64,000 nucleotides of DNA, from positions 17,188,073 to 17,252,072 of the forward strand of contig NC_068993.1 of the NCBI RefSeq assembly GCF_001194135.2, given 5' to 3'. The position numbers and the translations under genes are program-made. This DNA comes from Octopus bimaculoides. Lineage: Eukaryota. The notes beneath the pieces were generated by a model, which saw only the letters and a program-made list of their open reading frames with translations, did no database searches and was not told the DNA's origin. Shown here piece after piece: positions 35,164-48,699 of the stretch (positions are counted from its first letter, which is position 1; every line of letters starts with the position of its first letter).

Positions 35164-35216
35164 CTTGGTGAATACCAAAGACGTTCAGAGCAGCAACAAC
35201 ACTGAAATTTAATTTC
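35164..35216 (-). other. Non-coding (5' UTR) exon of the minus-strand gene, 53 bp
   Basis: Strong acceptor TCTTTTTTTCTCTCTTTCCTTTTACAG| and donor AAG|GTAAAA; cannot be joined in frame to the main ORF (stops at 30518 and 30512). Confidence 0.65.
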
Positions 35217-35594
35217 CTGTAAAAGGAAAGAGAGAAAAAAAGACAACCACATGAGAAGCAATTCAAATTTTAATCGGATATTTTTATCCGACGAAATAAC
35301 GTGATGAAGAGGGAATGATTGACAGACAATATTAATTTAAGAGATATATGAACCACGTGGTATTCAATAATTATTGCATTAATAAAAATATATATATATA
35401 TATAACCTAATGTATGTCAGAGAAACAGAATTTATCCGTTACATGTTCAAGTTTAAAGACCAGTGAGGTGTCCCCATCGTAGATAGAACAAAATACAATC
35501 ATTGGATATATGAGCGGTTTTCTTAGCATTCAATGAGATTGGTTTACAGCTGTTTGTCCATTCTTAATGCAGATAACGTGGACGCACACACACA

Positions 35595-35637
<43 letters not shown>

Positions 35638-35975
35638 TACTATTCATATATATATGAAATACATACGCATGCACGATACATATACACATAAGCACGTTTA
35701 TACAAACACACACGATTCACTGATCTGTTAAAACACTGAAATAAGATTTCATTCACTTCCTCCGCCAGCATCCAAGTGTTTGCAACATTTCACGTGTTTG
35801 TCCCACCTAGTCCCACAGAATCCCGCTCTTGGACCAGTGTCATGCGTGGTCTTACCCAAATGCAGTAATTGCAGTCTCTATAGTAAGCTTTAAAAGCCCA
35901 CCCGAGGCTACAATGTATATGTATATATATATATATATATGGAAAGAGTAAGCAGAATATGAAAGGAAACCTTAC

Positions 35976-36047
35976 CTAGACTGTGTAAATTTTCGGTAAT
36001 GTTGGATGGGAAACTACGGAAAATGAAAGGTCTCCTTTGCGAAGTAC
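35976..36047 (-). other. Non-coding (5' UTR) exon of the minus-strand gene, 72 bp
   Basis: Acceptor CTTCTTTGCATATCCTTCCAG| and donor TAG|GTAAGG. Confidence 0.65.
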
Positions 36048-36379
36048 CTGGAAGGATATGCAAAGAAGATTATTTACAGAAAATACCTTCAATATCTCGA
36101 ATTGAAACATACAGAAATCATAACATTTCTAAAGAGAAATAAATAACTATACATATATATAAGCACCAAGGTAAACGGGATCGAAGGATGTGGACTTCTG
36201 TTGCGGTATATAAATAAAATTTAAATGAAAAAAAAATCCGAGCATCGTGATAGTACCGGGCTTCTATATACATATATATTTTTTTATAAATATCTATAAT
36301 ACTGCAGAAATTTAAACTCCTATAACATATATATATACATACATGAGTTCTTATTGATCGTCTTCTAGCAGGTGATAAT

Positions 36380-36600
36380 GAATGCCACGGCTGAAATTAG
36401 CCGTCATTTTAAAAATAAAAAGACACCTTCGTCATCATTAGAATAAATATTACAAAATGACGTTACTGTTCAAATCTGAAATTTAGCGACTTCCTGTAGA
36501 CACGAAAACAAACAGGAGTTATTCCCCTTGCTGACAGCGCACCCCCTACCTCTCTCTCCACATAAAGTACTGTGTATATGTGCGCGCGCGAGTTTTAGGG
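36380..36600 (-). promoter_or_regulatory. Candidate core promoter of the minus-strand gene
   Basis: CpG-retaining unique sequence upstream of the first recognisable exons, with ETS-like ACTTCCTG and YY1-like GCCGTCATTTT motifs; TSS not determinable. Confidence 0.35.
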
Positions 36601-39567
36601 GATGTCCTGAAAATCGAAGAGGCTGTATGGTAAGACCTCCCAACTACATAGTTCTGAGTTCAGTCGTACTTCATGGCAACTTGGGCGTCTAATCTTTTAC
36701 TATAACCCTGAGCCGACCAAGCCATGTGATGGATTTCAAACAGAAACTGAAAAAAAGCCCGCCATATATATGTATGTATACATCTATGTGTGTATCTTAG
36801 TGTTTTTCTCATCACCACCGCTTGACAATCGGAGTTAGTTTGTTCACAGCAATTCGGCAAAAAGAGACCCACAGAATAAGTACAGGTGTCGATTCTTCTA
36901 CGAAAGCATTGCACGGTCAGAGCCCCAGTCGAAAGACTAAAACCAGTGAAAGATAAAAGACAACTGTACCCTGTATTGAGTCAACAGACTGTTTTTGAAA
37001 TTGGCTAATTTGCATAAGGTGTTAAAAATAGTTTCCCTCATTTTTTAAAGTTGATTGCTAAAAATTAAACATACTGTTTTAGAAGTGTATTAATTTTTGT
37101 ACCTATATCTTTTATATAAAATATATTCTTTGCTTTTCTTCGTTAATTTTCATCCTGTAAACGCTATATATGGTACAATATGATACATTTTAAGAATTTT
37201 AGGTGGATTAATAAATATCAAACAGACTTTGCAACAGAAGTTAATTTGAATCTGTTAAATACAATTTAGTTCTTTAATTTTCATAGTTTATTTTATATTT
37301 TAGGTATATATATTTAGACTGCTTCCAGAAGTCTGGTCCTATAGTACCGGATAATTGGTCCGGTACTGTTGATAGAGCCGCAACGTCAAGGGAGAGCAGT
37401 AGTATCTAGGTCTATTTTTGTTGGTTCTTTTCGTCTATTACGTTTTAAAGAATGTCAGATTAGCAAAAAAGGGAAAGAAAGAAACTGAAACCATATCTTT
37501 TATATTTTACTTGTTTCAATCATTGGACTGCAACCATACTGGAAAATCATCTAGAAGGGTTTTAGTCCAACAGATAAACCCCCAATATTTCTTTTCTCTA
37601 AAGTCTGATGATACTTATTCTGTCGGTTTCTTCGCCAAGTCACTAAGTTATGGGGACGTAAACAAAACGGTACTGAGGGACTAACAAAGACAAGCATATC
37701 TCTCTCTTTCTCTCTCTCTCAGATTAGATAAATAGATATGCGCGCGTGACAAGCTTCTTTCAGTTTCGGCCATCCAAATCCACTCAAAGATTTCGTCGGC
37801 CCGGGGCAACGGAAGACACTTGTCGAAGATGTTACGCTGTGAGACTGAACCCGGAATCACGTGGTTTAGAAAACAAACAGCATATCACCCCCACCCCCCC
37901 ACGTGTATAATATAATTTATAAAAAAAATTAGACAAATCACTCGGGGATGCCATAAGTAGTTGAGGTAGTATAACAATATTTAATTGCAGGGAGGCTCAC
38001 CGCATTAAATGTCTGAAACACACACATGGATCTATCTGTGTGTGTGTCCCCTTTCATTCTTTTATTTGCTTCGGCCATTGGACACTGGTCACGCTGGGGC
38101 ACCGCTTTGAAGGGTTTTAAGCCAACCAAATCGAATCTAGTATATATTTTAAAGTCTGGTGATACTTATCGTAACAGTATATTTTAACCGAGTCGTTAAG
38201 TTAGCGGGGCGTAAACAAACCAACACCCGTTGTTAAGTGGTGATACACACACATATAGAACAGACGTACATTATTATTACTTGTCATTTAAACCACCAAA
38301 AATTAACACTGAAAATAATAACAATCAAGTGTATGTATGTGTATATATATATATATATATATATAGCGTTCCTACATAAAGTCGGAAATTATTTAGTGCG
38401 TCGTATGTCTTTAGCATTGTAAATGACGGTTCTCAAAAAAAAAAATAATAATAATAAATGTGGGTGTGAGAGAGCGACAGATTTGCCCCACACGCGTTTT
38501 CATATTTTTATCATTTTCGATTTCTTTTAAAAACGAAAAGAATTACGTTTTAAACGTCCGAACTTATGATTCTTGAAAAACATGCGAAACTTTTGACCGG
38601 CAACATCAATATCCCCACAACCACACAGAATCGTAATCTGCGATGTTTAAAATGTATCTAAAGAAATGGTTTTTGACACAAGTTAATTTCTTTAGGAATA
38701 CGTGTGTGTGTGTGTGTGTGTGTGCGTGCATTCATATACACATACATACACACACACACGGGTGTCTACTCTTTTCGTCTACCAAAGTCATTCACAGGGC
38801 ATTTAGATGGTTCAGAACTATAACAGAAAACACTTGCCCCCAAGTGTCGTGCAGCAGAATGAATCCATGTGATTGCGAAGCAAACTCGTTGACCACAATG
38901 CCATAATAGCATCATATATTTTTCTCATAATTATAGTGTGTGTGGAATAGTGTGAAACACTGTGCCACCGTACAATGAAAAATATACACTCCTTAACTAA
39001 CATTGTCAAAATGTAGATATTCTATATCTTTTTATTTATTGTTAGCGTACTAAATGCTACAGCTGGCCAGACAAATAGATGTCATTTGTGTGACATTAGT
39101 ATCCCAAGAAAAGACACTGAACACCTGCTGGTTCTATCCACATGCCTAACAGAGAGCTCACATAAGGTCATAACAACTGCTTTAGTAATGAGAGTAATGA
39201 CATATAACAGAGAGAGGTTTGTACCTCAAAAACTAGATAAGTCGCAGCTGTTTCAAACTGCAATATCATCCAGTTGTTTGTTGCATTTTGGAAATGTCTT
39301 CTTTACCGCTAATTAAACATGTAAGCTGATCACAATTATTTTCACTCTTTTATCATTATTTACTTTAGAGTATCTAGATAGGCACAGGCGTAACTGTAAT
39401 GTTAAGAAGCTTGCTTTCCAACTATGTGGTTTCAGGTTCAGTCCCACTGTGTGGCACCTTGGGCATGTCGTTTAATATAACCCCTGGCTGTGAGTGGATT
39501 TGGTAGATGGAGACTGAAGGAAGCTTGTATATGTACATACATGTGTGTGTGTATATGTATATATGTG

Positions 39568-39945
39568 GAGGCGCAATGGCCCAGTGATTAGGGCAACGGA
39601 CTCGTGGTTTCAATTCCCAGACCGGGTGTTAGTGTTTATTGAACAAAAACACCCAAAGCTCCACGAGGCTCTGGCAGTGGGGGGAGGAACCCTGCTGTAC
39701 TCTTTCACCACAACTTTCTCTCACTCTTACTTCCTGTTTCTGTTGTACCTGGATTTCAAAGGGCCAGCCTTGTCACACTCTGTGTCATGTTGAATCTCCC
39801 CCAAGAACTACGTTAAGGATACACGTGTCTGTGGAGTGCTCAGCCACTTGCATGTTAATTTCACGAGCAGGCTGTTCCGTTGATCGGATCAACTCAACTG
39901 GAACCTTCATCGTCGTAACCAACGGAGTGCCACAATTATATATAT
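39568..39945 (+). mobile_element. tRNA-derived SINE family D
   Basis: Head GGAGGCGCAATGGCCCAGTG...TTCAATTCCCAGACCGGG, long body ending GTCGTAACCAACGGAGTGCCAC plus (TA)n; inserted into a family A SINE. Confidence 0.7.
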
Positions 39946-41649
39946 ATATATATATATATATATGAGTGCATGTTTAAGTGTGCGCATCTCCTGTTCTTAA
40001 CATTGCAAGACAGATGTAAATGAGTGTCACTATAAAAGCATTGTCGTTCATTTCTAATCTTCTACAAAAACATATCTGACCATGAGAGAATATTACCTTA
40101 CAAGGAAACAGGTGAGGATTGGCAACAGGAAGGGTATCCAACCAATGAAAATCTGCCTCGACAGCCTGTCTGACCCATGCAAACATGGGAAAGAGGATGT
40201 TAAAAGTGATGATGATGATATCAAAATCTTTCATCAAACACCTGTAATTTCAGCACTAAATTGTATATGACATCTATTGGAGCTTTATCGTCTAAGTTGG
40301 TCAACAATTTATATAGGACAATGATGATGCTGCCTCATGCACATGACCTAGACGCTAAATTCTTGCTAATTCAGCCTACCTAACTCCATGAATAGATGTC
40401 ATCATCATTTTAATATCTTAATTTTCCAAGCTTGCATAGGTCAGATGAATTTGTTGAGGCAGATTCTCTACAGCTGGATACCTTTCCTGTCACTAACACT
40501 CACCTATTTTCAAGCAAAGTAATATTTTCCCATGGCCAGACACATTTTTCATGGAAGACTGGAAATGAACAGCCTTGCTTGTATAATGATGATGCACATT
40601 TACAACCATCACATGATGTCTAGAATGTGGTACAAATACACACACACACACAAATGCATGCAGAACAATCTTCTTTCAGCTCCTGTCTACCAAATCACCC
40701 ACAAGGCTTTGGGTGATCCAGTACTATAGTAGAAGACACTTGGCCAAAGTGCTGCAGAGCTGGACTGAGCCAGAGACCACATGGTTGGGAAGCAAGCTTC
40801 TTAAACAACACAGTCTTATCTGCATTGTAAATCATGTTTCATGAACTGGCAGTAAATGGATTTCATATAGGTTTTTGACAATAAATAGTCGAGTTGTTAG
40901 ATCAACAAAACTATCTTCTCGTCAAATTACTACTGTACAAGACATTGAGTAATTCACAGACACTTGTACTCTTAACCTTTCTGACAACATGTTTTAAAGT
41001 GATCTAAATTAGAACTTTCTATCTTTTATCTTTCACTTGTTTCAGTTGTTGGACTGTGGCCATGCTGGGGCACCAACCTGAAGGATTTAGTCGAACAAAT
41101 CGATCCAGTATTTTTGTTTTTGAAGTCTGGTACTTGTTCTGTCAATCTCGTCTGTCAAATCACAAATCTACAAGGATATAAACAAACCAACACTGGTTGT
41201 GAAGTAGTGGGGGAGGGGGACAAACACAAAGATACATAACACACAATGGGCTTCCACACAGTTTCCATCTACCAAATTCACTCACAAGGCTATATAGTAG
41301 AAGACACTTGCCTCAAAGTGCCATGCAGTGAGACTGAACCCAAAACCACAAGGTAGCAAAGCAAGCTTCTTAACCACTAAGACACCATGTTAATTTCATG
41401 TAGAATAGAAGTTATTTTACTAATTTCATTATCTTCAAAATTAAATGAAATAAAGGCAATGTATTTCAACAGAAATATGGCAACAAAAGGGTTAATGATT
41501 CCTCAAAGAGGAGAATCAAAGTGTGACATTGTGCAACAAGGCTGTCCATTCAAATTATAGGCATACTCCAACCAATAAGCTTCCACAGTTTCCCTCAACC
41601 CAATTTCGCTAATCAGAAAGGTTTGTATCAATCAGAAGGTGCAGTAGAA

Positions 41650-41900
41650 GAAACTTGGCTGAGGCACAAGTCCCTTAACCCCTTGGGGGTTGTTGCAGCC
41701 ATGCAGCATATGTAGAACAAGAGAGCCTGGCAGAGCCCATCCCTCTCCAGGCTAAACTCATTTCTACAGCTGAGAGGACTAGAGCAACATGAAATGAAGT
41801 GTTTTGCTCAAGAACACAATGCGTTGCTCTGTCCAGGGACTGAGACCACAATCTTACGATTGTGAGTCCAACACCCTAACCACTAAGCCATATACCTCCA
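41650..41900 (-). mobile_element. SINE family B
   Basis: Reverse complement of the 8765-9020 head and central domain. Confidence 0.7.
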
Positions 41901-42786
41901 CTTACATTACAGAGATAGAAATATTGTTTCTTACTGTACTCTTCCCTATATAGAATCTCAACACAAAAAAGACCAATAAGTCCAGTCTTCTTCACAATAC
42001 CTTCAATAGTATGAAAGAGAAGAAAAAAAATTCAGGTTTAGATATTGACTTAACAGTGCTTTTAGTTCAATTAAAGTTGACAGTCAAGTTCATATTTCAT
42101 GGAGTTGATAATATTATTTCACATTCTCCAACCTACAAACTCCAGAATAAATGTTTACTCTTACAAGGTTGTGCTGACATCATTTCAAATGCCCAAAAAT
42201 TAGCAGTACTATATAAATATATCTACACACACACATGCCCACACACACTATACACAAGTATAAATACATATACCCTATATGCGTGTGTGTGTGTAATATC
42301 TATATAATACCTCCAAACAAGCAGGCATGCACACACACACACTTATATAAAAACACACACACACACCTACATACATGCACACACATACATTTGTATGATA
42401 CAGTTGGCCAGTTTTCATTATTAGTATCTTAGTATTATTAATAAACAACTCACACAGATGACACAGTTTAATGACAAAGCACGGTTGCTAAGCTACTGTC
42501 CACACAGAGTAATTAGATACAATACAATTAAATATAGATCCTTTGTGGATGCTCAGACATAATAAAGCTGCAGTGAATGATGAGGAAAAAAGGAGAAAAA
42601 AAATCACCAGAAACGAAAATAGCAACTAAGAATTGATGATTATAACCATTTCTCTAGTAGCCACATGATTATTAAACCACAGGATGTCCATCTTGCATAC
42701 ACACCTGTCCTAATATAAAAGCTTAATAGGCAAGGAATTAAAATACCAAACTGTTAAAGCTTAAACCAAACTGGTGATATTTCATT

Positions 42787-42819
<33 letters not shown>

Positions 42820-43051
42820 GAAAACTTACTTGAGCTAATCATAGACCATCTACGTGGCCGTTCAACTTGCTAGATACAGAAGCCAAATGTCTGTCAAATA
42901 ACACCCAAGCATCTTGGAAAAAAAAGAACAGATTGAAGAATGAAGTCTTAGATATACTAGGTCTTAAAATTAGAAGAGATAGTCACAGCTGGAAGGCTTT
43001 TGACAAGAGATTTACACAGTCAGAACTGACCTGGGCTATCTCTGAATAATG

Positions 43052-43097
<46 letters not shown>

Positions 43098-43969
43098 TTT
43101 ATCTTTTACTTGTTTCAGTCATTGAACTGCAGATATGCTAGAGTATCACCTAGAAGGGCCTAGTTCAGGGGTGGGGAAACCCCTGCCCGTGGGCACAATT
43201 GCGCCCACAAGCCCATTTTATTTCACCCGCAGGCTGATATACTCGTATGTACAAAATATAGTAAATTTTTCAATTATAAAATTTATACAATATTCGTATG
43301 TCTATTTCCGATATAGATCACATTTCTACTACGGCTTAAAACGGTTAGACTTGCATAGAGAATCGTCTGGTAGTTGCCATTTGAATGGAAATTTTGTTTT
43401 CCCTATAAAACATATAAATATAGAAACCTCATAAGTAGTATAAATGTCCTGAAGTCAGTGGCGGCGTTAATGAAGATTTACACAGATATAAGAGTTAAAA
43501 CTTGTGATCTGCCTGTGGACAGTTTTTTGGGGGAGGGGAGGGATTTTTGACCACTGCACTAAAAAGTTTTCCTACTCTTGGTCTAGTTGAATAAATCAAC
43601 CTTTGTACTTAATATTTTTAAGTCTGGTGCTTATTCTATCGGATTCTTTTGCTGAACCATTAAGTTGCATGGACGGAAACAAACCAACACTACACTGGTT
43701 GTCAAGCAGTGGAAGGATAAATATAAACATATAAACATAAAAACATACAAGCACAAACACACACACACACATGTGACAAAGATTTTGTCCACCAAATTCA
43801 CTCACTTGGCCCAGGGCTACAATAGAAGATAAACAAGATTTCATTAAATATGAAGATTTAAATTAAAACAAGTTGTTAAGAAGCTGTGTGCAGCACATGG
43901 GACAAATGAATTCTACCAAAGCCTTGTGAGTCGATTTGGTAGACAGACAGACACTGAAAGAAGCTAATA

Positions 43970-44000
<31 letters not shown>

Positions 44001-45572
44001 TATATATATATATATATATATCATCATCATCATTTAACATCTACTTTTCCAAGGTTACAGGGGTCAGATTTTCTACAGCAGGATACCTTTCCTGTTGCCA
44101 ACCTTCGTCTGTGTCCAAGCAAAGAAATAGACGTTTTTCATAGAAGACTGGGAATGAACAACCTTACTTGTATGACAGTGATGCTCATTTGCGATGTCTA
44201 AACAGGAGAACATACAAACACACACACGGAGAAAGAGAGAGAGGTAGATAGGTTTCTTTCAGTTTTCATCTACTAAATCCACTCACAAGGCTGCCCGAAG
44301 AGTATTTTACAAGGCACTTGCCCAAGGTGCCATGCAGCAAGACGAAGCCCAAGACCACATGGTTGGAAAGCAAACTTCTTAAGCACAGAGCCACACACAC
44401 ATATATATGTATGTGGGGGGGAGGCAATCCCTTTGTTTTGATATTGCAGGATGGTTGTAAATGGGCACCATACATTTTCAATCTTTGATGAAAAATATAT
44501 TTGGAATCAGGTGAGGATTGGTAAGAGGAAGGGTCTCTACCCACAGAAAATCTGCCTTGACAATTCCATCTGACCCATACAAGTACAGAAAAGTGAACAT
44601 TAAAACAATGAGGATGGTAAATGAATAACGAATAGACAGACAAGCAGATTGACAGAGATATAACCAAACAGAGACTAATGTATAATAATTTCTTTACTAT
44701 AGGCAGAAGGCCTAACATTTTAAGGGAGGGGGCTAGTTAATTACAGCAACCCCAGTGCTTCACTGGTACTTATTTCATTGACCCCGAAATGATAAAAGGC
44801 AAAGTCAACCTCAGCGAAATTAGAACTCAAAAAGTAATGATAGATGAAATGCCAAAACTTATGTATAATTTATTTGCTATTTATTGTAACCAGAACTAAA
44901 TTATTGAAATAATTCCAGACTTATTTTCCTTCGTATATCACAACATCTGAAAGTAAAGTTCCTATGTGATTGCTTAACCTTCCAGATGTAGTAACAAATT
45001 CTTCAACTCAAACCCATAATTATTTTTAAATGGAAGCAAAAAAACAAACATGGGACAATCATCACCAGAAACCCCTTCCTCAAATGTCTACTCAATCAAA
45101 CAACCCTGAGGTAAAAAACAATATCCGAAAGAGTTAGACAGACAGAGAGATGGATAAAAAAAAAAGAGTGAAATAAAAAGAAGTGAGATTAAAAAGTGCA
45201 AAAGATTGAAAAGGGAGAAAAACTAGGGAAAGAATGAAGAGAAATTGCAAAGAGAGAACAATGAAGTAAAAATAGTAACAACAAAAAACACTTTTAAATT
45301 TATGTTTTCAAATCCTGATGAGAAATTTTGAATGTTATTTTAGTAAGTGTCAATGAGAACAGGATAATACAAATAAACAATGATGGTGTGAGAGTATGCG
45401 TGTGTGTGTGTGTGTGTAGTTGTCCAACCGATGTCTACAAGGATATTAAATGATGATGATGAGATATATATATCCAAGTACTGCAGAAAGGAAGAAGGAA
45501 ATACATTAAATAGCGCTGGTGCAATAAGGAACCCAGACAGAGGTAGTCATTAAAAACTACTGATATATATAT

Positions 45573-45760
45573 CATCATCATCATCATCATCGTTTAACGT
45601 CCGCTTTCCATGCTTGCATGGGTTGGACGATTTGACTGAGGACTGGTGAAACCAGATGGCTACACCAGGCTCCAATCTGATTTGGCAGAGTTTCTACAGC
45701 TGGATGCCCTTCCTAATGCCAACCACTCCAAGAGTGTAGTGGGTGCTTTTACGTGCCACC
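45573..45760 (-). mobile_element. RTE 3' UTR-only insertion
   Basis: Near-identical to 4225-4405. Confidence 0.88.
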
Positions 45761-46063
45761 CAATATAAATAATATATATATACATATAATGCAGATTAAC
45801 ACTATCCCTCCATGTGATCAACTTGAAAAAAAATTGTTAAAATATTTTTCTTAATATGAAACTAATAGTAGCCTTAATACACAAATAAAGAAATTTTATC
45901 CACCAATGTGGTGTTGGGCACTCATTCGTTTACATCACATTCACTCAGAAGACATTGTTTGACCCAGAGCTATTGTAGAAAACATTTCCCTAATGTCCCA
46001 CACAGTGAGAATGAAATCAAAACCACATGGTTGGAAAGTGACCTTCTTAAAACCACACAGCTA

Positions 46064-46104
<41 letters not shown>

Positions 46105-46891
46105 TATTAATGAGGGTAGAAATTGATATTGATCAATTAAAACCAGTGGTCTAGCATATTAAAAAATCCGAAGATTAAAATTATATTACATACAAGAATA
46201 AGAGGAATGACCAGCAAATGTGGATTCCTGAATGCTAGAAATAGATGCCGAATCATCCGACCACGAAAAAGTATGCTCTCAGTAGAAAAATCAGCGACAC
46301 AACAGACTGTCTTACTCATTTACAGTCTGTTGTGTCGCTGATTTTTCTACTNNNNNNNNNNNNNNNNNNNNNNNNNNNNNNNNNNNNNNNNNNNNNNNNN
46401 NNNNNNNNNNNNNNNNNNNNNNNNNNNNNNNNNNNNNNNNNNNNNNNNNNNNNNNNNNNNNNNNNNNNNNNNNNNNNNNNNNNNNNNNNNNNNNNNNNNN
46501 NNNNNNNNNNNNNNNNNNNNNNNNNNNNNNNNNNNNNNNNNNNNNNNNNNNNNNNNNNNNNNNNNNNNNNNNNNNNNNNNNNNNNNNNNNNNNNNNNNNN
46601 NNNNNNNNNNNNNNNNNNNNNNNNNGGGGGGGGGGCTCTGAACAACACCATTTAAGCAGCATTTTGTTTGCAATGACTGCTGAGGTGGATAGATCATCCC
46701 AAAACCTCATATGCCAGACATCCTGGTCCTCTGTCATCTCCTCTGTTGAGGTTCCGGGTCTTGCGGCCAGTCTAAATTAAATAATTACCAGACTCAGTAC
46801 CAAGGTCGATATAATTGCCTAAAACCATGAAGCCAGTACACCAGTGTGGCTTGAGCCTGAAGGCTGAAACCAGTAAAAGAAGGATGGATGG

Positions 46892-46935
<44 letters not shown>

Positions 46936-47913
46936 GAACACAAAGAATGAGAGAGATGTTCACAATTATATAGTTTTCAATTCACTTGGGCAAGTATCTT
47001 GAACTATAGCCCTGGTTTGACCAATATCTTGTGAATAGAATGCAGATGGGAAACTGTACAGAAGCTTGTTACACTTATTATGTGTTTGTATGCATTTATA
47101 TCTCCATCAGCCTGGTGTGTGGGTGTTTTGTTTTGTTGCTATTTGTTCAGTCACAACACAACAGCAGTAGTATGAGATAACCTGATGACAATGTAGTCAG
47201 AAAGTAATCCAGTAACTTCAGTCACATCTGTTATAATATAGAGATATACCACCCATACCAGATAATAGAACAATGAGATCTAAACAATAAGTCTTAATGC
47301 CCACACACTTTCCAAGGTTTTAATTTATTTGCTGTGTGTGTTTTATGGCCTACATTGGCAGGAAGACATTTCATTGGAGATGCTTTTATTGTTTATCTCC
47401 TTATCAACCCTGATCCAGTAGACTTTGGTAAAAGGTACTGAAGCATCTGGCCATATTCTCTGACATAGTATATCTAAGATTAATGTGTCCATTTTTTCAA
47501 GTAGGTAAGGTATTGAGAAAGATTTCACAGTTGTTTCTAGCAAGTTCGGAAACCCTATAGAAGTCATTTAGTTGGCTTTAAAATTAGCTTTCTATGCTAT
47601 GAATTGATCTCTGGCTGTATGGAGCTGTTATTTTTTCAACTGGAGACCCCTCCTATCATTTCCCAATGTTTATAAGAATGACTGAAGCAAGCAGAGTTAT
47701 GTGCCTTGCCCAATAGCATAACACAGTAGAGATATCTTAATATCTACACATGGTGACAGCTTTACAAGCTCATATTTTCGCTTAATACATTTATGTACGC
47801 ATGCATGTGCACACAGACTGATAGGTGTGAGCATTGTAGAGTTGTGGTAGATTAAAACTGACAAAACTTCATTTTCAGATGAAGTACTCTGGTGCCTATA
47901 TATATATATATAT

Positions 47914-48130
47914 TATCTTCGAAACGTCTAGATAGAATAGAGACAGCTGATGAAGGGATATTCCAAGTGGCTTTCCGTTTTCCTATATGTTCGTTCCGTT
48001 GTCTGTAGTTTATTGTTCTAACGTCCTGTACCCTGATATGCATGTATATACACATGTAGATGTAAGTATGTACATATATGTGTGTATACATGTATATATA
48101 TTCTTTGTATTATATATATATATATATATA
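47914..48130 (+). mobile_element. Penelope-like terminal-repeat fragment with permuted hammerhead core boxes
   Basis: TATCTTC-GAAAC-GTC...CTGATGA-AGGGATA followed by a T-rich body and a (TA)n end. Confidence 0.55.
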
Positions 48131-48699
48131 TTTCGTATGTGTATTTCGTGTGCAAGATTCTTGATGTGGATACGTGTGTTGAAAGATCATATATTCAAAA
48201 TAAATGGAAGTGGAGAGACAAGTTACTGAAGAGATTGCAAGAGTGCAATGAAATAATTTAACAAAAAACTATATAAATTAATAAAGGACTAAACCAGTGC
48301 GTGTGTTTATTACCGGCATAATGCCTCTCCCAAGGTTTAATTGTATATATATATATATATATATATATAATTATATGTATTTATTTTCTCTTAGTTAACA
48401 ATTAACTCTGACAAAATAAATTGGTTAATAGTTACCAGGGTAGCAAAGTTCACAAAATAACTTTGGTGCAGCTCCTGTTTACGAGGTAGAAACTCCCTGT
48501 TAATTTGAGGTATTTTGAATAAATATAAAATTTACATGCGTATAACTCCATTTATTAAATAAATATATATCATCTTAGCATCTACTTTTCCATGCTTGCA
48601 TGGCTCAGTACTCTGGTACCTATAATTCCCCAACCACTGTCAATAATCTGGGTGAAGATGGACTCCTTCAAACATTCCAGTTTATGGTTCAGTCTAAAG

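Noticed and set aside
37000-37016. Octamer ATTTGCAT next to a reverse CCAAT box, suggesting an snRNA or histone promoter
   Set aside because: No snRNA or histone sequence nearby, and the octamer recurs elsewhere (about 26360, 27255, 53227) in this AT-rich DNA.
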